Shown piece by piece: positions 39,517-49,685 of a stretch of DNA of 64,000 nt. The notes under the pieces are model-generated. The model was given only the letters and a program-made list of their open reading frames with translations, searched no databases and was not told where the DNA came from. The stretch is from a bacterium. Lineage in GTDB: Bacteria > Oederibacteriota > JAAXVQ01 > JAUVAV01. The stretch lies in assembly GCA_021108215.1 (NCBI GenBank), contig JAIORK010000050.1:10498-74497 (forward strand), in the 5' to 3' direction. A program made the position numbers and the translations under genes. Each line of letters starts with the position of its first letter. Within the stretch, counting starts at the first letter, position 1.

Positions 39517-40486
39517 TACTTATTCTTTTTAAAATATTTCCAGTTTCAACATCTAACACAACAACCTCACCGGATGTTGAGGAACTAACAAATATTTTCT
39601 TCCCACCATTAGATAGTCCAGCATTGTATCCTTTAAAACCCATCGAATATGTTTTTACAACAGTATGGTTACCAATATTAATCTTCGCCAATTGACCATC
39701 ACCCGCAACATATAAATAACCATCTTTCAGAATTGCTATTTTTCGAATTTTTTTAATGGTTTCCAATTGAATATGATCCATGCTTCCGTTTTTCGCATTA
39801 AAAACCACCAATCTATATTGACTTCTGGTTGTTTTATTATCGTATGGGTCATATTTATAGATAACCAAATAAATCGTTTCCTCATCTATAACGACAATAT
39901 CGTGAATACGCTCTCCTGCGGTGATATAAAACGTTTTCTCAATCTGGTCGGTTTGAGTTGATATCTTTTTCAAACAATTGTATTCCGCTGCATAAACATA
40001 CTTACCATCTTTTGTAATATCTAAAAATCCGGTTTCCAAACTATTTTTCAACAGTATTTTTATTTGTTTGTTTTTTTTCAGATCAAGCACAAATATCCCG
40101 GATGGATTAACATCATCCCAGGAAATAACACCAACATAAAGCTTTTGAACATCCGGAGCTATTACTGCTTTTGACAACCCCGGGGTTATAACCCCATCAT
40201 ACTCTATATCCCCAAGTTCTTTTAAGGAATGGCGGTCATGAATATTCACAAAAAGAGGATTAATGAAATAAAGCCTATCCCCATTCGCAACAATAATATG
40301 TGCCAATGTATGATTGAGCTTTGATTCCAAAATTTCATAATAATCATCCACACCAAACATCTGTACTGACATAGAATATCTTGTTGTTACTAAAAGTCGT
40401 TCATTTGGCTTTGCTGCTGAAACGGACACACTTGAACTAACTATCGTTAATAAAAAAAAGACAATTGCTATTCGAGAATATTTCAT
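39482..40486 (-). CDS. Secreted YncE/YVTN-like beta-propeller protein
   Basis: AGGAG RBS, signal peptide; blades APDVQKLYV, TKDGKYVYAA, KISTQTDQIEKT, VVVLDVETGNILKRI..DGDPYDI. Confidence 0.75.
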   Translation of the reverse strand: MKYSRIAIVFFLLTIVSSSVSVSAAKPNERLLVTTRYSMSVQMFGVDDYYEILESKLNHTLAHIIVANGDRLYFINPLFVNIHDRHSLKELGDIEYDGVITPGLSKAVIAPDVQKLYVGVISWDDVNPSGIFVLDLKKNKQIKILLKNSLETGFLDITKDGKYVYAAEYNCLKKISTQTDQIEKTFYITAGERIHDIVVIDEETIYLVIYKYDPYDNKTTRSQYRLVVFNAKNGSMDHIQLETIKKIRKIAILKDGYLYVAGDGQLAKINIGNHTVVKTYSMGFKGYNAGLSNGGKKIFVSSSTSGEVVVLDVETGNILKRISIDGDPYDIFVD

Positions 40487-40550
40487 TAGTAACTCCTATT
40501 AATACTTTTCAATGGTGTCATCTTCAAGACACTTTATTCATTCTTAGTCA

Positions 40551-41789
40551 TTAGACTTCATTTCCAATGATTTCTTTCGTTTTATTCACATCACACTCAA
40601 CCTGTCCTTCAGACAGCTTGATGCGAATTTGATCCCCTTGCTTGAGGGATTTGGATGATTTGATGAGTTGGTTATCCGGCTGTTTATACACCAGTGAGTA
40701 CCCGCGCGACATGACTTTCAAAGGCGAGAGGGCTTCAAGCTGGGCGATCCGGCCTTTAAGTTCCTGGCGGGAAAATCTGAGACGGTTGGTCAGGGATTGA
40801 CGCAAATCAGCGGTTAAATCATCCAGCCGCTGGGCCATGGGCTCAAAAACCGCCAGGGGTTTTTGCAAAAAACGGGATGCGGTCGCACGGTCGAGACGTT
40901 GCCGCATACTGTTGAGCTGCTCATACATCCGGTTGGATAAATGACGCTGCAAGGATTTAACCTGTCCGCTCATCTCACGACGATCGCGTACGACCATTTC
41001 AGCTGCCGCAGTCGGGGTCTCAGCCCGCACATCCGCTGTGAAATCGGCAATGGTATAATCCACCTCATGCCCTACTGCAGAAATAACCGGAATTTCAGAT
41101 GCGGCAATGGCCCGGGCCACGATCTCCTCATTAAAAGCCCAGAGATCTTCCAAAGAACCGCCGCCGCGACCGCAGATAATCACATCCCAGCCGCCTATTT
41201 CATTGAGCCGGTTTACGGCATGCGCAATTTCTTTGGCCGACCCATCGCCTTGGACCCGGACCGGATAGATCGAAATATCCGCCAGGGGCGAACGCCGTCC
41301 GGTGACATTTAAAATATCGCGGATCGCAGCACCGGTCGGCGACGTGATCACCACAATACGGCGCGGGAATTCAGGTAATATTTTTTTTCGTCCCGGATCA
41401 AACAGACCTTCTGCGGCAAGTTTTTTCTTGAGTTGCTCATAGGCAAGCTGCAATGCACCCAACCCGGCCGGCTCCATGCTCTCGATGACCATCTGGAAAT
41501 CACCCCGCGCCGTATAAAGCGAAAGACGGCCCAAGGCAATTACCTTGAGACCGTCTTCGGTCTTAAAACGCATGGTGCGGTTGGCACCACGAAACATCGC
41601 AGCGCGCAACTGGCTGCCGCTGTCTTTGAGTGTGAGATAAAAGTGCCCGGAAGAGTGGTGCTTAAAATTAGAAATTTCACCTTCCACCCAAACACGGGAA
41701 AATGCCCCCTCTAATAACCCGCGGGCACTCTCGACCAGTTCGGAAACCGAATAGACTTTACGCTGCTGGTCGGTTGAATCTATGCTCAC
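40551..41789 (-). CDS. xseA: Exodeoxyribonuclease VII large subunit
   Basis: VWVEGEISNF..SSGHFY.TLKD, TSPTGAAIRD, RGGGSLEDLWAFN, SAVGHEVD, LSPL....RGY; GTG start overlapping upstream stop. Confidence 0.97.
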   Translation of the reverse strand: MSIDSTDQQRKVYSVSELVESARGLLEGAFSRVWVEGEISNFKHHSSGHFYLTLKDSGSQLRAAMFRGANRTMRFKTEDGLKVIALGRLSLYTARGDFQMVIESMEPAGLGALQLAYEQLKKKLAAEGLFDPGRKKILPEFPRRIVVITSPTGAAIRDILNVTGRRSPLADISIYPVRVQGDGSAKEIAHAVNRLNEIGGWDVIICGRGGGSLEDLWAFNEEIVARAIAASEIPVISAVGHEVDYTIADFTADVRAETPTAAAEMVVRDRREMSGQVKSLQRHLSNRMYEQLNSMRQRLDRATASRFLQKPLAVFEPMAQRLDDLTADLRQSLTNRLRFSRQELKGRIAQLEALSPLKVMSRGYSLVYKQPDNQLIKSSKSLKQGDQIRIKLSEGQVECDVNKTKEIIGNEV

Positions 41790-42391
41790 TTCTTCTTTTT
41801 CTTCATCTCGTATTTCGAGCCTCCAATGGCGCTTTTGCATTTTCCGGCGAATTTACCTTTGGGAGAGGCTTTGATGGACTGCTGAAACGCCTCAATCGCT
41901 TCTTCATATTCCTCGATCTGATGCAGTGCATACCCCAGCGCATAATAATCTTCACTCAAAATAGCCCATTTGTTATCCGTATCCGGTGCCTGCGCATCAA
42001 TCTCCACCAGGTATTCATAATACTTGGCAGCACCGTCAAAATCCTCATCTTCCCAAAAAAACTGGGCAAGTTTATTGGCCATGCCGGCATCTGTGGGGAT
42101 CAGTTCAAATCCTTTTTCATAATATTTGAGTGCAGCTTCCAAACTGCCCGCCAATTCCAGCTGACCGCCATGATAGTAATAGGCATTTTTGAAACGTTCG
42201 CGTAATTCTTTATCTTCATCAAAAATAACCGGATCCCTCTGATAAGCCCGTTCAAACGCTTTGAAGGATGCATCATATTTCTTATTCTCGAAAAAAGTGT
42301 TGCCGCGCCGCACATCAGGATCTTGACCCGCACAGCCTGCCATCATCGCCATTATGATCACAACAATCAATCCGTATCCTTTTGCTTTCAT
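41786..42391 (-). CDS. TPR-repeat lipoprotein
   Basis: AGGAGG RBS; lipobox-like MAGC; helical TPRs (YYALGYALHQIEEYEEAIEAFQQSIKASP). Confidence 0.8.
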   Translation of the reverse strand: MKAKGYGLIVVIIMAMMAGCAGQDPDVRRGNTFFENKKYDASFKAFERAYQRDPVIFDEDKELRERFKNAYYYHGGQLELAGSLEAALKYYEKGFELIPTDAGMANKLAQFFWEDEDFDGAAKYYEYLVEIDAQAPDTDNKWAILSEDYYALGYALHQIEEYEEAIEAFQQSIKASPKGKFAGKCKSAIGGSKYEMKKKKK

Positions 42392-42457
42392 GTTTTTCCT
42401 CCTGATGATTTTTGTTGCTTCCCCTGCAAAAACGCGGAATTTTTTTCCGTCCGGCAT

Positions 42458-43231
42458 TCACGCTAAAAAATGAAATTCATCACCGGATTTGGCAATATGA
42501 ATTTTCAGTTGCTCCATCTGCGTCACTTCTTCTGAAATAATTTGGGCGAACTGCGGTTTCAAATGATAGAGATAGACAGGCATCTCTCCGCTGCGCCCGG
42601 TCTTGGCAACCTCTGTCGGAATATCTCCGGTTGCAAGGTGCTTGGTCATCCTCGCCAAATCCTTTTGTTCATCGGAAAAAGAACACTCCATAAAAATCGC
42701 ATGAATTTTTCTTTTTTGCGACAGTTTTTTCCATAAATCCAAGGTAGGGCCGGTATCACCGGTAAAGGCCACGCTGCCGTTTTCATCACTGATGATATAT
42801 CCCAGTGCCGCAAAGGAATGGTCCACCGCAATGGGTTCAACCGTATAACCATTGATCTTCAACAACTGATTTGCAACCAAGGGGTTGAAACGAAGAATGG
42901 GATTTTCCGGTGTCGGCAGTACCGTAAAATCAGGCCAAATTTTGTTATTAAAAATATTTTTCTGAATGGTCTCTAAAACCTGGGACAATCCATACACATT
43001 GACCGGCCCGGAAATCCGTCCGATGAGGTTGTCCAGCAAAAACGGGAGTGAATGAATATGGTCCAGGTGAGCATGGGTAATCAATACATCTGAAATATCT
43101 TTTTGCTGCTCCAGCCCGAGCTTACTCCCAATCGTACCGGCATCCACCAGCATGGTGTTATCAATTAAAAATCCGGTCAAATTGTGTCCGGGCGCTTCTC
43201 CACCCGATGCACCTAATACAGTAATTTTCAT
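42458..43231 (-). CDS. 3',5'-cyclic-nucleotide phosphodiesterase (class II, metallo-beta-lactamase fold)
   Basis: VLGASGG, VDAG, THAHLDHI, FNNKIWPDF, FTGDTGPT, ECSF, YHLKP. Confidence 0.88.
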   Translation of the reverse strand: MKITVLGASGGEAPGHNLTGFLIDNTMLVDAGTIGSKLGLEQQKDISDVLITHAHLDHIHSLPFLLDNLIGRISGPVNVYGLSQVLETIQKNIFNNKIWPDFTVLPTPENPILRFNPLVANQLLKINGYTVEPIAVDHSFAALGYIISDENGSVAFTGDTGPTLDLWKKLSQKRKIHAIFMECSFSDEQKDLARMTKHLATGDIPTEVAKTGRSGEMPVYLYHLKPQFAQIISEEVTQMEQLKIHIAKSGDEFHFLA

Positions 43232-43289
43232 GACAGAACCCTTTAATTAAGATGGTCGTAAATCCCCACGCTTTTGCGCAGGAAATAAA

Positions 43290-43930
43290 TTATTCTCCGA
43301 ATTCTTCTTTCATCTCCAGATACTTGACGAATTTTTCAAGATTCTCCAAAGATAAAATAACGATCTGTTCACCTTCAAAAGCAATGACTTTGGCTTTGGC
43401 CAGTTTAGCAAGTATATCTCTTACCTTGGACAAATCACTTGTCAAACCTGCTGCATCTGCCAGCTCAACCGCACCATGCCCTTGGCACCCTTCGTGCCAT
43501 GCTTATGTGCCAGCAATGCCAGGGTATTGGCGACACGGCGTTTGTGGTCCTTGACCAAAAGATTTTCAATCTGTTTATTGGCATCCCGCAGGCGGGAGCT
43601 CATATTACGCAGAATTTTTTTAACAATATGAATGTTTGACTGCATGGTGGATTCAAAAACTTCTTGATTAAGCACAATACATTTGGTATCCGTCACTGCT
43701 GTTGCCGATGCGGAACGCGGTTCCCGGTCAATCACCGCCATCTCACCAAAAAAATCACCATCGGAAAGGACTACCAGGGTTTTCTCCCCTTCACTGGTTT
43801 TTTTGTGAATTTTGATCTGACCGTTTTGGATGATAAACATCTCTTCCCCAATATCATTCTCACGAAAAACAATCTTTCCGGCAGAAAAAGTCTTGCCATA
43901 GCGTTCAAAGATCTCTTGGGCCGTTGTCAT
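43290..43930 (-). pseudogene. Crp/Fnr-family cNMP-binding regulator, frameshifted between cNMP domain and HTH
   Basis: GDFFGEMA..DREPRSASA cNMP motif; at ~43472 frame changes, and the second frame gives AVELADAAGLTSDLSKVRDILAKLAKAKVI..EGEQIVILSLENLEKFVKYLEMKEEFGE* (stop 43290). Confidence 0.82.
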
Positions 43931-43948
43931 AAGTCCCCCCTTGGTCTC

Positions 43949-46024
43949 CTATTGAGCGTCAGCCTGATTTTGAAGACGTTTCTTCAATGCTTCCAGATCA
44001 ACCCCGGAAGCTTCGCCCAGCGAAATGCCGGGTTTGTTTTGCGGGTTCAAATATTTTTTCATTTCCGCCGCTTCCTGCGCCATAAGCGCCTCGCGGATCG
44101 AAAGACCGATCTTGTGTTCTTCCCAATTGACCCGAATAACTTTAGCCTCAACCATCCCGCCTTCCGTCAGTGGCTCGGGATCATTTTTGGTTTTTTCTTT
44201 TTCCAATTGCGAGATATGAATCAAGCCCTCCACTCCCGGTTCCAATTCCACAAAGGCACCGAACTTGGTATTGCGCACCACCTTTACCTGAACCACGGTT
44301 CCCACCGGATATTTTTTAGCACTGGCAAGCCAGGGATCATCGGTCATCTGTTTCAACCCCAAAGAAACTTTCTTTTTCTCCTGACTGATCTCCAAAATCT
44401 TAACCTTGAGGCGCTCCCCAACCGTGAGTAAATCACCCGGCTGCTTAATTGACCCGTTCCAGGCAAGATCGGAAATATGCAGCAATCCGGTCACACCTTC
44501 CGCCAATTCGATAAAAACACCGTATTTAGCAAGGGTTTTAACCTCTCCTGCAACAATATCACCGCGCTTATGTGATTCTAAAAAAAGCGAAAACGGTTCC
44601 GGTTCCGTCTGGCGAAGACCCAGGGTTATTTTCTTGGCCCCGCCGTCAATCACCAATACCTTGACCCGAACACTATCGCCTTTTTTCAACATTTCCTTGG
44701 GATGACGCACACGCCTTGTCCAGGACATTTCCGAAACCGGCAAAAGCCCTTCCACACCCTCTTCCAGACGCAGAAAAGCGCCGAAATCCGCCAGCGTGAC
44801 GACCTCACCTTCCACCATACTGTCTTTAGGATATTTTTCCGCAATATTTACCCAGGGATCTTCACTTTTTTGTTTAAGACCCAAAGCGACTTTCCCGGAT
44901 TCAGCATCAATGCTTAAAATCAAGACTTCCAGTTCATCTCCCAACGTGACATAGTGCCGGGGGTTGTTCACTTTGGACCAGGACATATCATTGACATGAA
45001 GCAATCCGTCCACGCCGCCAATATCTAAAAATGCGCCAAAATTGGTGATGTTCTTTACCACACCATGTACCATGCGCCCGGGGGTGAGCTTTGAAATAAC
45101 ATCATCCCGTTGCTTGCTGCGAATATCCAACAAATGGCTGCGCCGCGAAACAACAATATTTCCGCGCTCACGATTGAGTTTTTCAATTTTAAACTGAAAA
45201 GACTTATCAAGAAAATCATCAGGATTGCTCACTTGGGTAAGGTCCAACTGGGACGCCGGCAGAAACGCCTGTACGCCTCCCAAGTCAACCATAAAGCCGC
45301 CTTTGCACTTTTGAAAAATCAATCCTTCCATAGACGTGTTATTGGCCAACGCCGCTTTAGCAACATTCCAGCCTTTACGTTTGTCCACTTTTTCTTTGGA
45401 TAATACCAGCAACCCCTCACGGTTTTCCCGGCGCTCCATCAAAACTTCCACTTCATCGCCAACCACGGTATTAAATTCACCCTTGGCATTTAAAAATTCC
45501 TGTTTCGGTATAATACCCTCGGATTTGGAACCAATGTCAATTACAACGCCATCATCATCAATCCGAATAACCTTGCCGCGTACGATCTCGCCGGGTTCCG
45601 GTTCGCTTTCCATGGCTTGGGCGAGTTCCGTTGCAAAGTCACCCTCAGGTTCGCTGGAAACAGCCTCCGGTTCAACTGCGGGCTGTTCCGGTTCCGGCGT
45701 TACTGCGGCTTGCGCAACCGGTTCCGGCTGCGGTACAGACGCAACCACGGGTCCGGGTTCCGATACCGGTGCCACCGGTTCCTTTGCCGGAGGATGTGCC
45801 TCAACAACCGGTGGTTCACTTACTTCCATGGGTTCAGGCTCATTCAAAGGCGTGCCCGGACCAATGCCGACGACCGGATCAAGTTTGTCTTTTGAAACAT
45901 AAAGGGGTGTTTCGGATTCATCAGTATCATGCAGCGGTGTCCCGCCGCTGATCTGTTCATCCTGATCTTTTACGGGTGTCCCCTCGAAACCCGGTTCAAA
46001 ACTTCTTTTTTCATCAACCATCAT
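43949..46024 (-). CDS. rpsA: 30S ribosomal protein S1 with ~130-aa Pro/Glu-rich N-terminal extension
   Basis: Six S1 repeats (DIGSKSEG, AFLPASQ, FGAFLDIGGVDGLLHV, DPW..., EGLIHISQL). Confidence 0.95.
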   Translation of the reverse strand: MMVDEKRSFEPGFEGTPVKDQDEQISGGTPLHDTDESETPLYVSKDKLDPVVGIGPGTPLNEPEPMEVSEPPVVEAHPPAKEPVAPVSEPGPVVASVPQPEPVAQAAVTPEPEQPAVEPEAVSSEPEGDFATELAQAMESEPEPGEIVRGKVIRIDDDGVVIDIGSKSEGIIPKQEFLNAKGEFNTVVGDEVEVLMERRENREGLLVLSKEKVDKRKGWNVAKAALANNTSMEGLIFQKCKGGFMVDLGGVQAFLPASQLDLTQVSNPDDFLDKSFQFKIEKLNRERGNIVVSRRSHLLDIRSKQRDDVISKLTPGRMVHGVVKNITNFGAFLDIGGVDGLLHVNDMSWSKVNNPRHYVTLGDELEVLILSIDAESGKVALGLKQKSEDPWVNIAEKYPKDSMVEGEVVTLADFGAFLRLEEGVEGLLPVSEMSWTRRVRHPKEMLKKGDSVRVKVLVIDGGAKKITLGLRQTEPEPFSLFLESHKRGDIVAGEVKTLAKYGVFIELAEGVTGLLHISDLAWNGSIKQPGDLLTVGERLKVKILEISQEKKKVSLGLKQMTDDPWLASAKKYPVGTVVQVKVVRNTKFGAFVELEPGVEGLIHISQLEKEKTKNDPEPLTEGGMVEAKVIRVNWEEHKIGLSIREALMAQEAAEMKKYLNPQNKPGISLGEASGVDLEALKKRLQNQADAQ

Positions 46025-46187
46025 TCATTGCCTCCATCGTATCAACCCGTTCATTCAATTTCCCCGCTCTGAAAATCGGGGATTTGGATATAATCTGTAA
46101 AAAACCATTATGACTGTCCCGCTTCAGCCCCGGTTAAAAACCGAACCTGCCCGGCGAATGCCGGGTGCCGGGAAATTCGCGGTTGAT

Positions 46188-47036
46188 CTATAAAAAACTC
46201 TTCTCAAGGAATTTGATGCGTTCCATAACGTCATTGATTATCCAATCGGGTGTTGACGTCCCTGCCGTCACACCGACGTGATTCATCTTTTCCAGCCAGC
46301 TACCCTGAATCTCATCCGCTGTTTCAATATGATAAGTCTGCACACCTGCTGTGCGGCTTATCTCCGCCAAACGCGAGGTGTTGGCGCTGTTACGACCACC
46401 CACCACCAGCATTATATCCACCTCTTTGGCAAGCATCTGTGTTTCAGCCTGTAAATCAGTGGTGGCATTACAAATCGTATTCATCACTTTGAGCGTTGTC
46501 GTGCGCGTCAGTAAAGCACTGGTCACTGCCTGAAGATTCTCAAGACTCTGGGTTGTCTGCGCAATCAGTCCATACTTGCTTTTCCGCGGCAACGCAACAA
46601 CTTCTTCTGCACTGCTGATCACCAAAGCAGCACCTTTCACCGCTCCTAAGATGCCTTCCACTTCGGGATGGGCTGCATCACCTAAAATCAGAAGATCATA
46701 GCCTTGTTCCACCAGCTCCTTGGCCAGTTTATGCGCCCGCTGCACAAATGTACAGGTTGCATCTACAATAGACAGTCCTCGGGCGGCCGCTTCTTCCAAT
46801 ACATCGGGTGATACGCCATGAGAACGAATGATTATAACACCCTTTGATATCTCGCTCAAGTTTTTAACAGCAAAAACACCTTCCTTTTCAAGCTTTTCAA
46901 CCACTTGCGGGTTATGAATAATCGGTCCCAATGTATGAATGGCATCATGTCCCGATTCGGCAGTCTCAAAGGCTTTTTTCATCGCAGCCTTAACTCCAAA
47001 ACAGTGACCTGCATGTTTGGCAAGTGTGATTTTCAC
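46188..47036 (-). CDS. ispH: 4-hydroxy-3-methylbut-2-enyl diphosphate reductase
   Basis: AGHCFGV, IIHN, RSHG, DATC, HPEV, QTT, NTICNAT, SANT..L, TAGTSTP. Confidence 0.96.
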   Translation of the reverse strand: MKITLAKHAGHCFGVKAAMKKAFETAESGHDAIHTLGPIIHNPQVVEKLEKEGVFAVKNLSEISKGVIIIRSHGVSPDVLEEAAARGLSIVDATCTFVQRAHKLAKELVEQGYDLLILGDAAHPEVEGILGAVKGAALVISSAEEVVALPRKSKYGLIAQTTQSLENLQAVTSALLTRTTTLKVMNTICNATTDLQAETQMLAKEVDIMLVVGGRNSANTSRLAEISRTAGVQTYHIETADEIQGSWLEKMNHVGVTAGTSTPDWIINDVMERIKFLEKSFL

Positions 47037-47040
47037 AAGC

Positions 47041-47688
47041 CTACCTCTTTTTCTTTTCAACCAAGGTGATCTCGGTTTCCTTTTTCAAACCGGAAATGGC
47101 GTCCATCACACGGTCCGATATTTGTCGAAGCGTACGTTTCTCGCCTGATTGCAGAAAAAGATCCTCCAACTGAACCTGACTGCCAAAACGAACCGACACC
47201 TTGCCCGGCTTCCACTTACCGCCTTTGGGCCAGGCTTGAAAAGTTCCTCTAACATAAACCGGATAAACCGGCACCTGACACATGTGTACTAAAAGTCCGA
47301 CACCGGTTTTTCCCCGCTGTAATTCTCCGTCTTTGGTCCGTGTCCCTTCAGGAAAAACCAGCAATGCTTCGCCCTGCTCTACCAGATTAACAAACGCATC
47401 CCAGTTTTGCTCGCGGCCTTTGCCGCGAATAATAGGATGGGAATTGACCGCTTCAATAACTTTCCCAAACCAGGCCGGCTTAAACAACGTGGAACGTGCC
47501 ATAAAATGAAGGTTGCGTTTTTTCACTGCCACGCCGACTGTCGGCGGGTCCATATGGCTGGCATGATTACACGCCAGAATAATCCCGCCTTTTTTGGGCA
47601 CCCGATCACGCCCGTAAACCTTAATGCCGTGAAACAGGTGGAGTAACAGCGAAGACATTGTACGCCCAAACCAATAAAGAAAATTCAT
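47041..47688 (-). CDS. plsC: 1-acyl-sn-glycerol-3-phosphate acyltransferase
   Basis: NHASHMDP (NHxxxxD), FPEGTR. Confidence 0.9.
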   Translation of the reverse strand: MNFLYWFGRTMSSLLLHLFHGIKVYGRDRVPKKGGIILACNHASHMDPPTVGVAVKKRNLHFMARSTLFKPAWFGKVIEAVNSHPIIRGKGREQNWDAFVNLVEQGEALLVFPEGTRTKDGELQRGKTGVGLLVHMCQVPVYPVYVRGTFQAWPKGGKWKPGKVSVRFGSQVQLEDLFLQSGEKRTLRQISDRVMDAISGLKKETEITLVEKKKR

Positions 47689-48374
47689 AATACTTTTTTC
47701 TCATTCTTTCTGACCGCTTGAATAATCGAATCAATCACCTGATCAATTGTCAAACCAGTCGAATTAATGACCACGGCGTCTTTGACACACTGCAAGGCGC
47801 CGCCGGGCCGGTTTAAATCCTCTTGGTCCCGTTTTTTCAGATCAGCCAGTAATTCTTCAAAGGGCTGTTCTTTTCCTTTGTGCTTCAATTCCTCAAACCG
47901 GCGACGGGCGCGCTCGGTCTGGTCCGCATCCAGATAAATCCTCATCTCTGCATCCGGAAAAACCACGGTGGTAATATCCCGGCCTTCCATCACCACACCA
48001 CCATCCTGCCCCATCTGTTGCTGTTGGGCAACCATCACCCGGCGCACCCCGGCATAATTGGCCACATACGCAGAAACACTCCGCGTCACATCGGGTGTCC
48101 GAATCGCTTCTGAGACATCCCGGCCATCCATTAGAATCGTTCCAATCTTACCGGGGATAAATTGCAGTGAAATCATTTCCGCAATCTGTTCCACTGCCTT
48201 TTGATCGGCAAGCTCGATTCCGCTTTCCATGGACTTCAAGGTAACCGCACGGTACATCGCGCCGGTATCAATATAAAGATAATTCAGCTTCTGTGCCACA
48301 GCTTTGGCCACAGTGCTTTTCCCGGCACCGGCCGGGCCGTCAATCGCTATAATCGGTTTGCTGCGCAGTTTCAT
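47685..48374 (-). CDS. cmk: Cytidylate kinase
   Basis: IAIDGPAGAGKST, DTGAMYR, EGRDI..VVFPDA. Confidence 0.96.
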   Translation of the reverse strand: MKLRSKPIIAIDGPAGAGKSTVAKAVAQKLNYLYIDTGAMYRAVTLKSMESGIELADQKAVEQIAEMISLQFIPGKIGTILMDGRDVSEAIRTPDVTRSVSAYVANYAGVRRVMVAQQQQMGQDGGVVMEGRDITTVVFPDAEMRIYLDADQTERARRRFEELKHKGKEQPFEELLADLKKRDQEDLNRPGGALQCVKDAVVINSTGLTIDQVIDSIIQAVRKNEKKVL

Positions 48375-49681
48375 ACACATGCCCCCGCCAACAACTCCCA
48401 GAATCCAGGAAAGGATGTCTTGACACAATCGGAATTTTCAATGGTCACGCCTTTTTCCGAGACCAGCCCGGCAATGGCCAGACTCATAGCCAAGCGATGG
48501 TCGCCATGCGAATCAGCCTTCCCGCCCAAAAGCGGTTTGCCGCCGGTCCCGTGAATAATCATACCATCCTCAAGTTCCTCAATCGCGACCCCGATTTTTT
48601 TCATTTCTTCAACCAACACATGAATCCGATCGGTCTCTTTCACCCGCAACTCTTCTGCATTGCGGACCTCCGTATCCCCCTGGGCCATCGCCGCTGCCAC
48701 CGTCAAAATCGGGACTTCATCAATAAAAGTGGCCAATGTCCCCACTGTTTCAATACGCTGACCGACCAGAAGCTGCCGGTTGCGGATGATGATATCACCC
48801 ATGGCTTCCCCGCCTGAAATCCGCTCATTTTCTATCTCGATTTCCGCACCCATTTGTTCCAGCACACTGAGTACCCCGGTCCGGGTAGGATTGATACCGA
48901 CTGAAGGAATTACCAGTTCAGACCCGGTAATCAATAGCGCCGCAATCATAAAAAACGCTGCCGAAGAAATATCCACCGGCACGTTGACCGGTTGTCCCGT
49001 CAATTTTTGCCCGTCTCTCAAGCTGACCATTTCGGACTGTTCTCCCAGTACGGACCGCGTGAGCTGCACACCAAATCCTTTGAGCATGCGCTCGGAATGG
49101 TCCCGCGAGACCGAGGGTGAGGTTACCGACGTTTCTCCCGCAGCGAACAACCCCGCCAGCAAGATACAAGACTTCACCTGCGCACTTGCAACCGGAGATT
49201 GATATTCAATTCCTTTTAAATTCCCACCTTTAATTTTTAAAGGACATTTCCCGCCGGGTTGACTCTCAATGCCGGCACCCATCATTTCCAGGGGTTTGAT
49301 AATACGATTCATGGGACGACGCTGAATCTGTTCATCACCGGTAATCTCGGATTCAAAATCCTGACCTGCCAAAACACCGGAAAGCAAACGGACACCTGTC
49401 CCGGAATTGCCGCAATCGATTACTTGCGCGGGTTTCTGAAGCCCGTGTAATCCCACACCAGTGATATGCAATACATCATCTTCCCAAACTACCTTGGCGC
49501 CAAGTGATTCACAAGCATGCAGCGTATTCATGCAATCGTCGGCTTGTAAAAAACCGGTTACCACGGTCTCGCCTTCAGCCAAAAGACCTAAAATGGCGGC
49601 ACGATGCGAGATGGATTTATCGCCTGGAATGTGAAGGGTTCCTTTAAACGTCGAGACCGGCTGGATATTTTTTTCAGACAC
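48371..49681 (-). CDS. aroA: EPSP synthase
   Basis: PGDKSISHRA, DCGNSGT, ASAQVKS, RDHSE, ELRVKETDRI, DHRLAM. Confidence 0.97.
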   Translation of the reverse strand: MSEKNIQPVSTFKGTLHIPGDKSISHRAAILGLLAEGETVVTGFLQADDCMNTLHACESLGAKVVWEDDVLHITGVGLHGLQKPAQVIDCGNSGTGVRLLSGVLAGQDFESEITGDEQIQRRPMNRIIKPLEMMGAGIESQPGGKCPLKIKGGNLKGIEYQSPVASAQVKSCILLAGLFAAGETSVTSPSVSRDHSERMLKGFGVQLTRSVLGEQSEMVSLRDGQKLTGQPVNVPVDISSAAFFMIAALLITGSELVIPSVGINPTRTGVLSVLEQMGAEIEIENERISGGEAMGDIIIRNRQLLVGQRIETVGTLATFIDEVPILTVAAAMAQGDTEVRNAEELRVKETDRIHVLVEEMKKIGVAIEELEDGMIIHGTGGKPLLGGKADSHGDHRLAMSLAIAGLVSEKGVTIENSDCVKTSFPGFWELLAGACV

Positions 49682-49685
49682 TCGA

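Noticed and set aside
43460-43480. Programmed ribosomal frameshift in Crp gene
   Set aside because: No slippery heptamer or homopolymer, and residues appear to be missing, so a deletion fits better.
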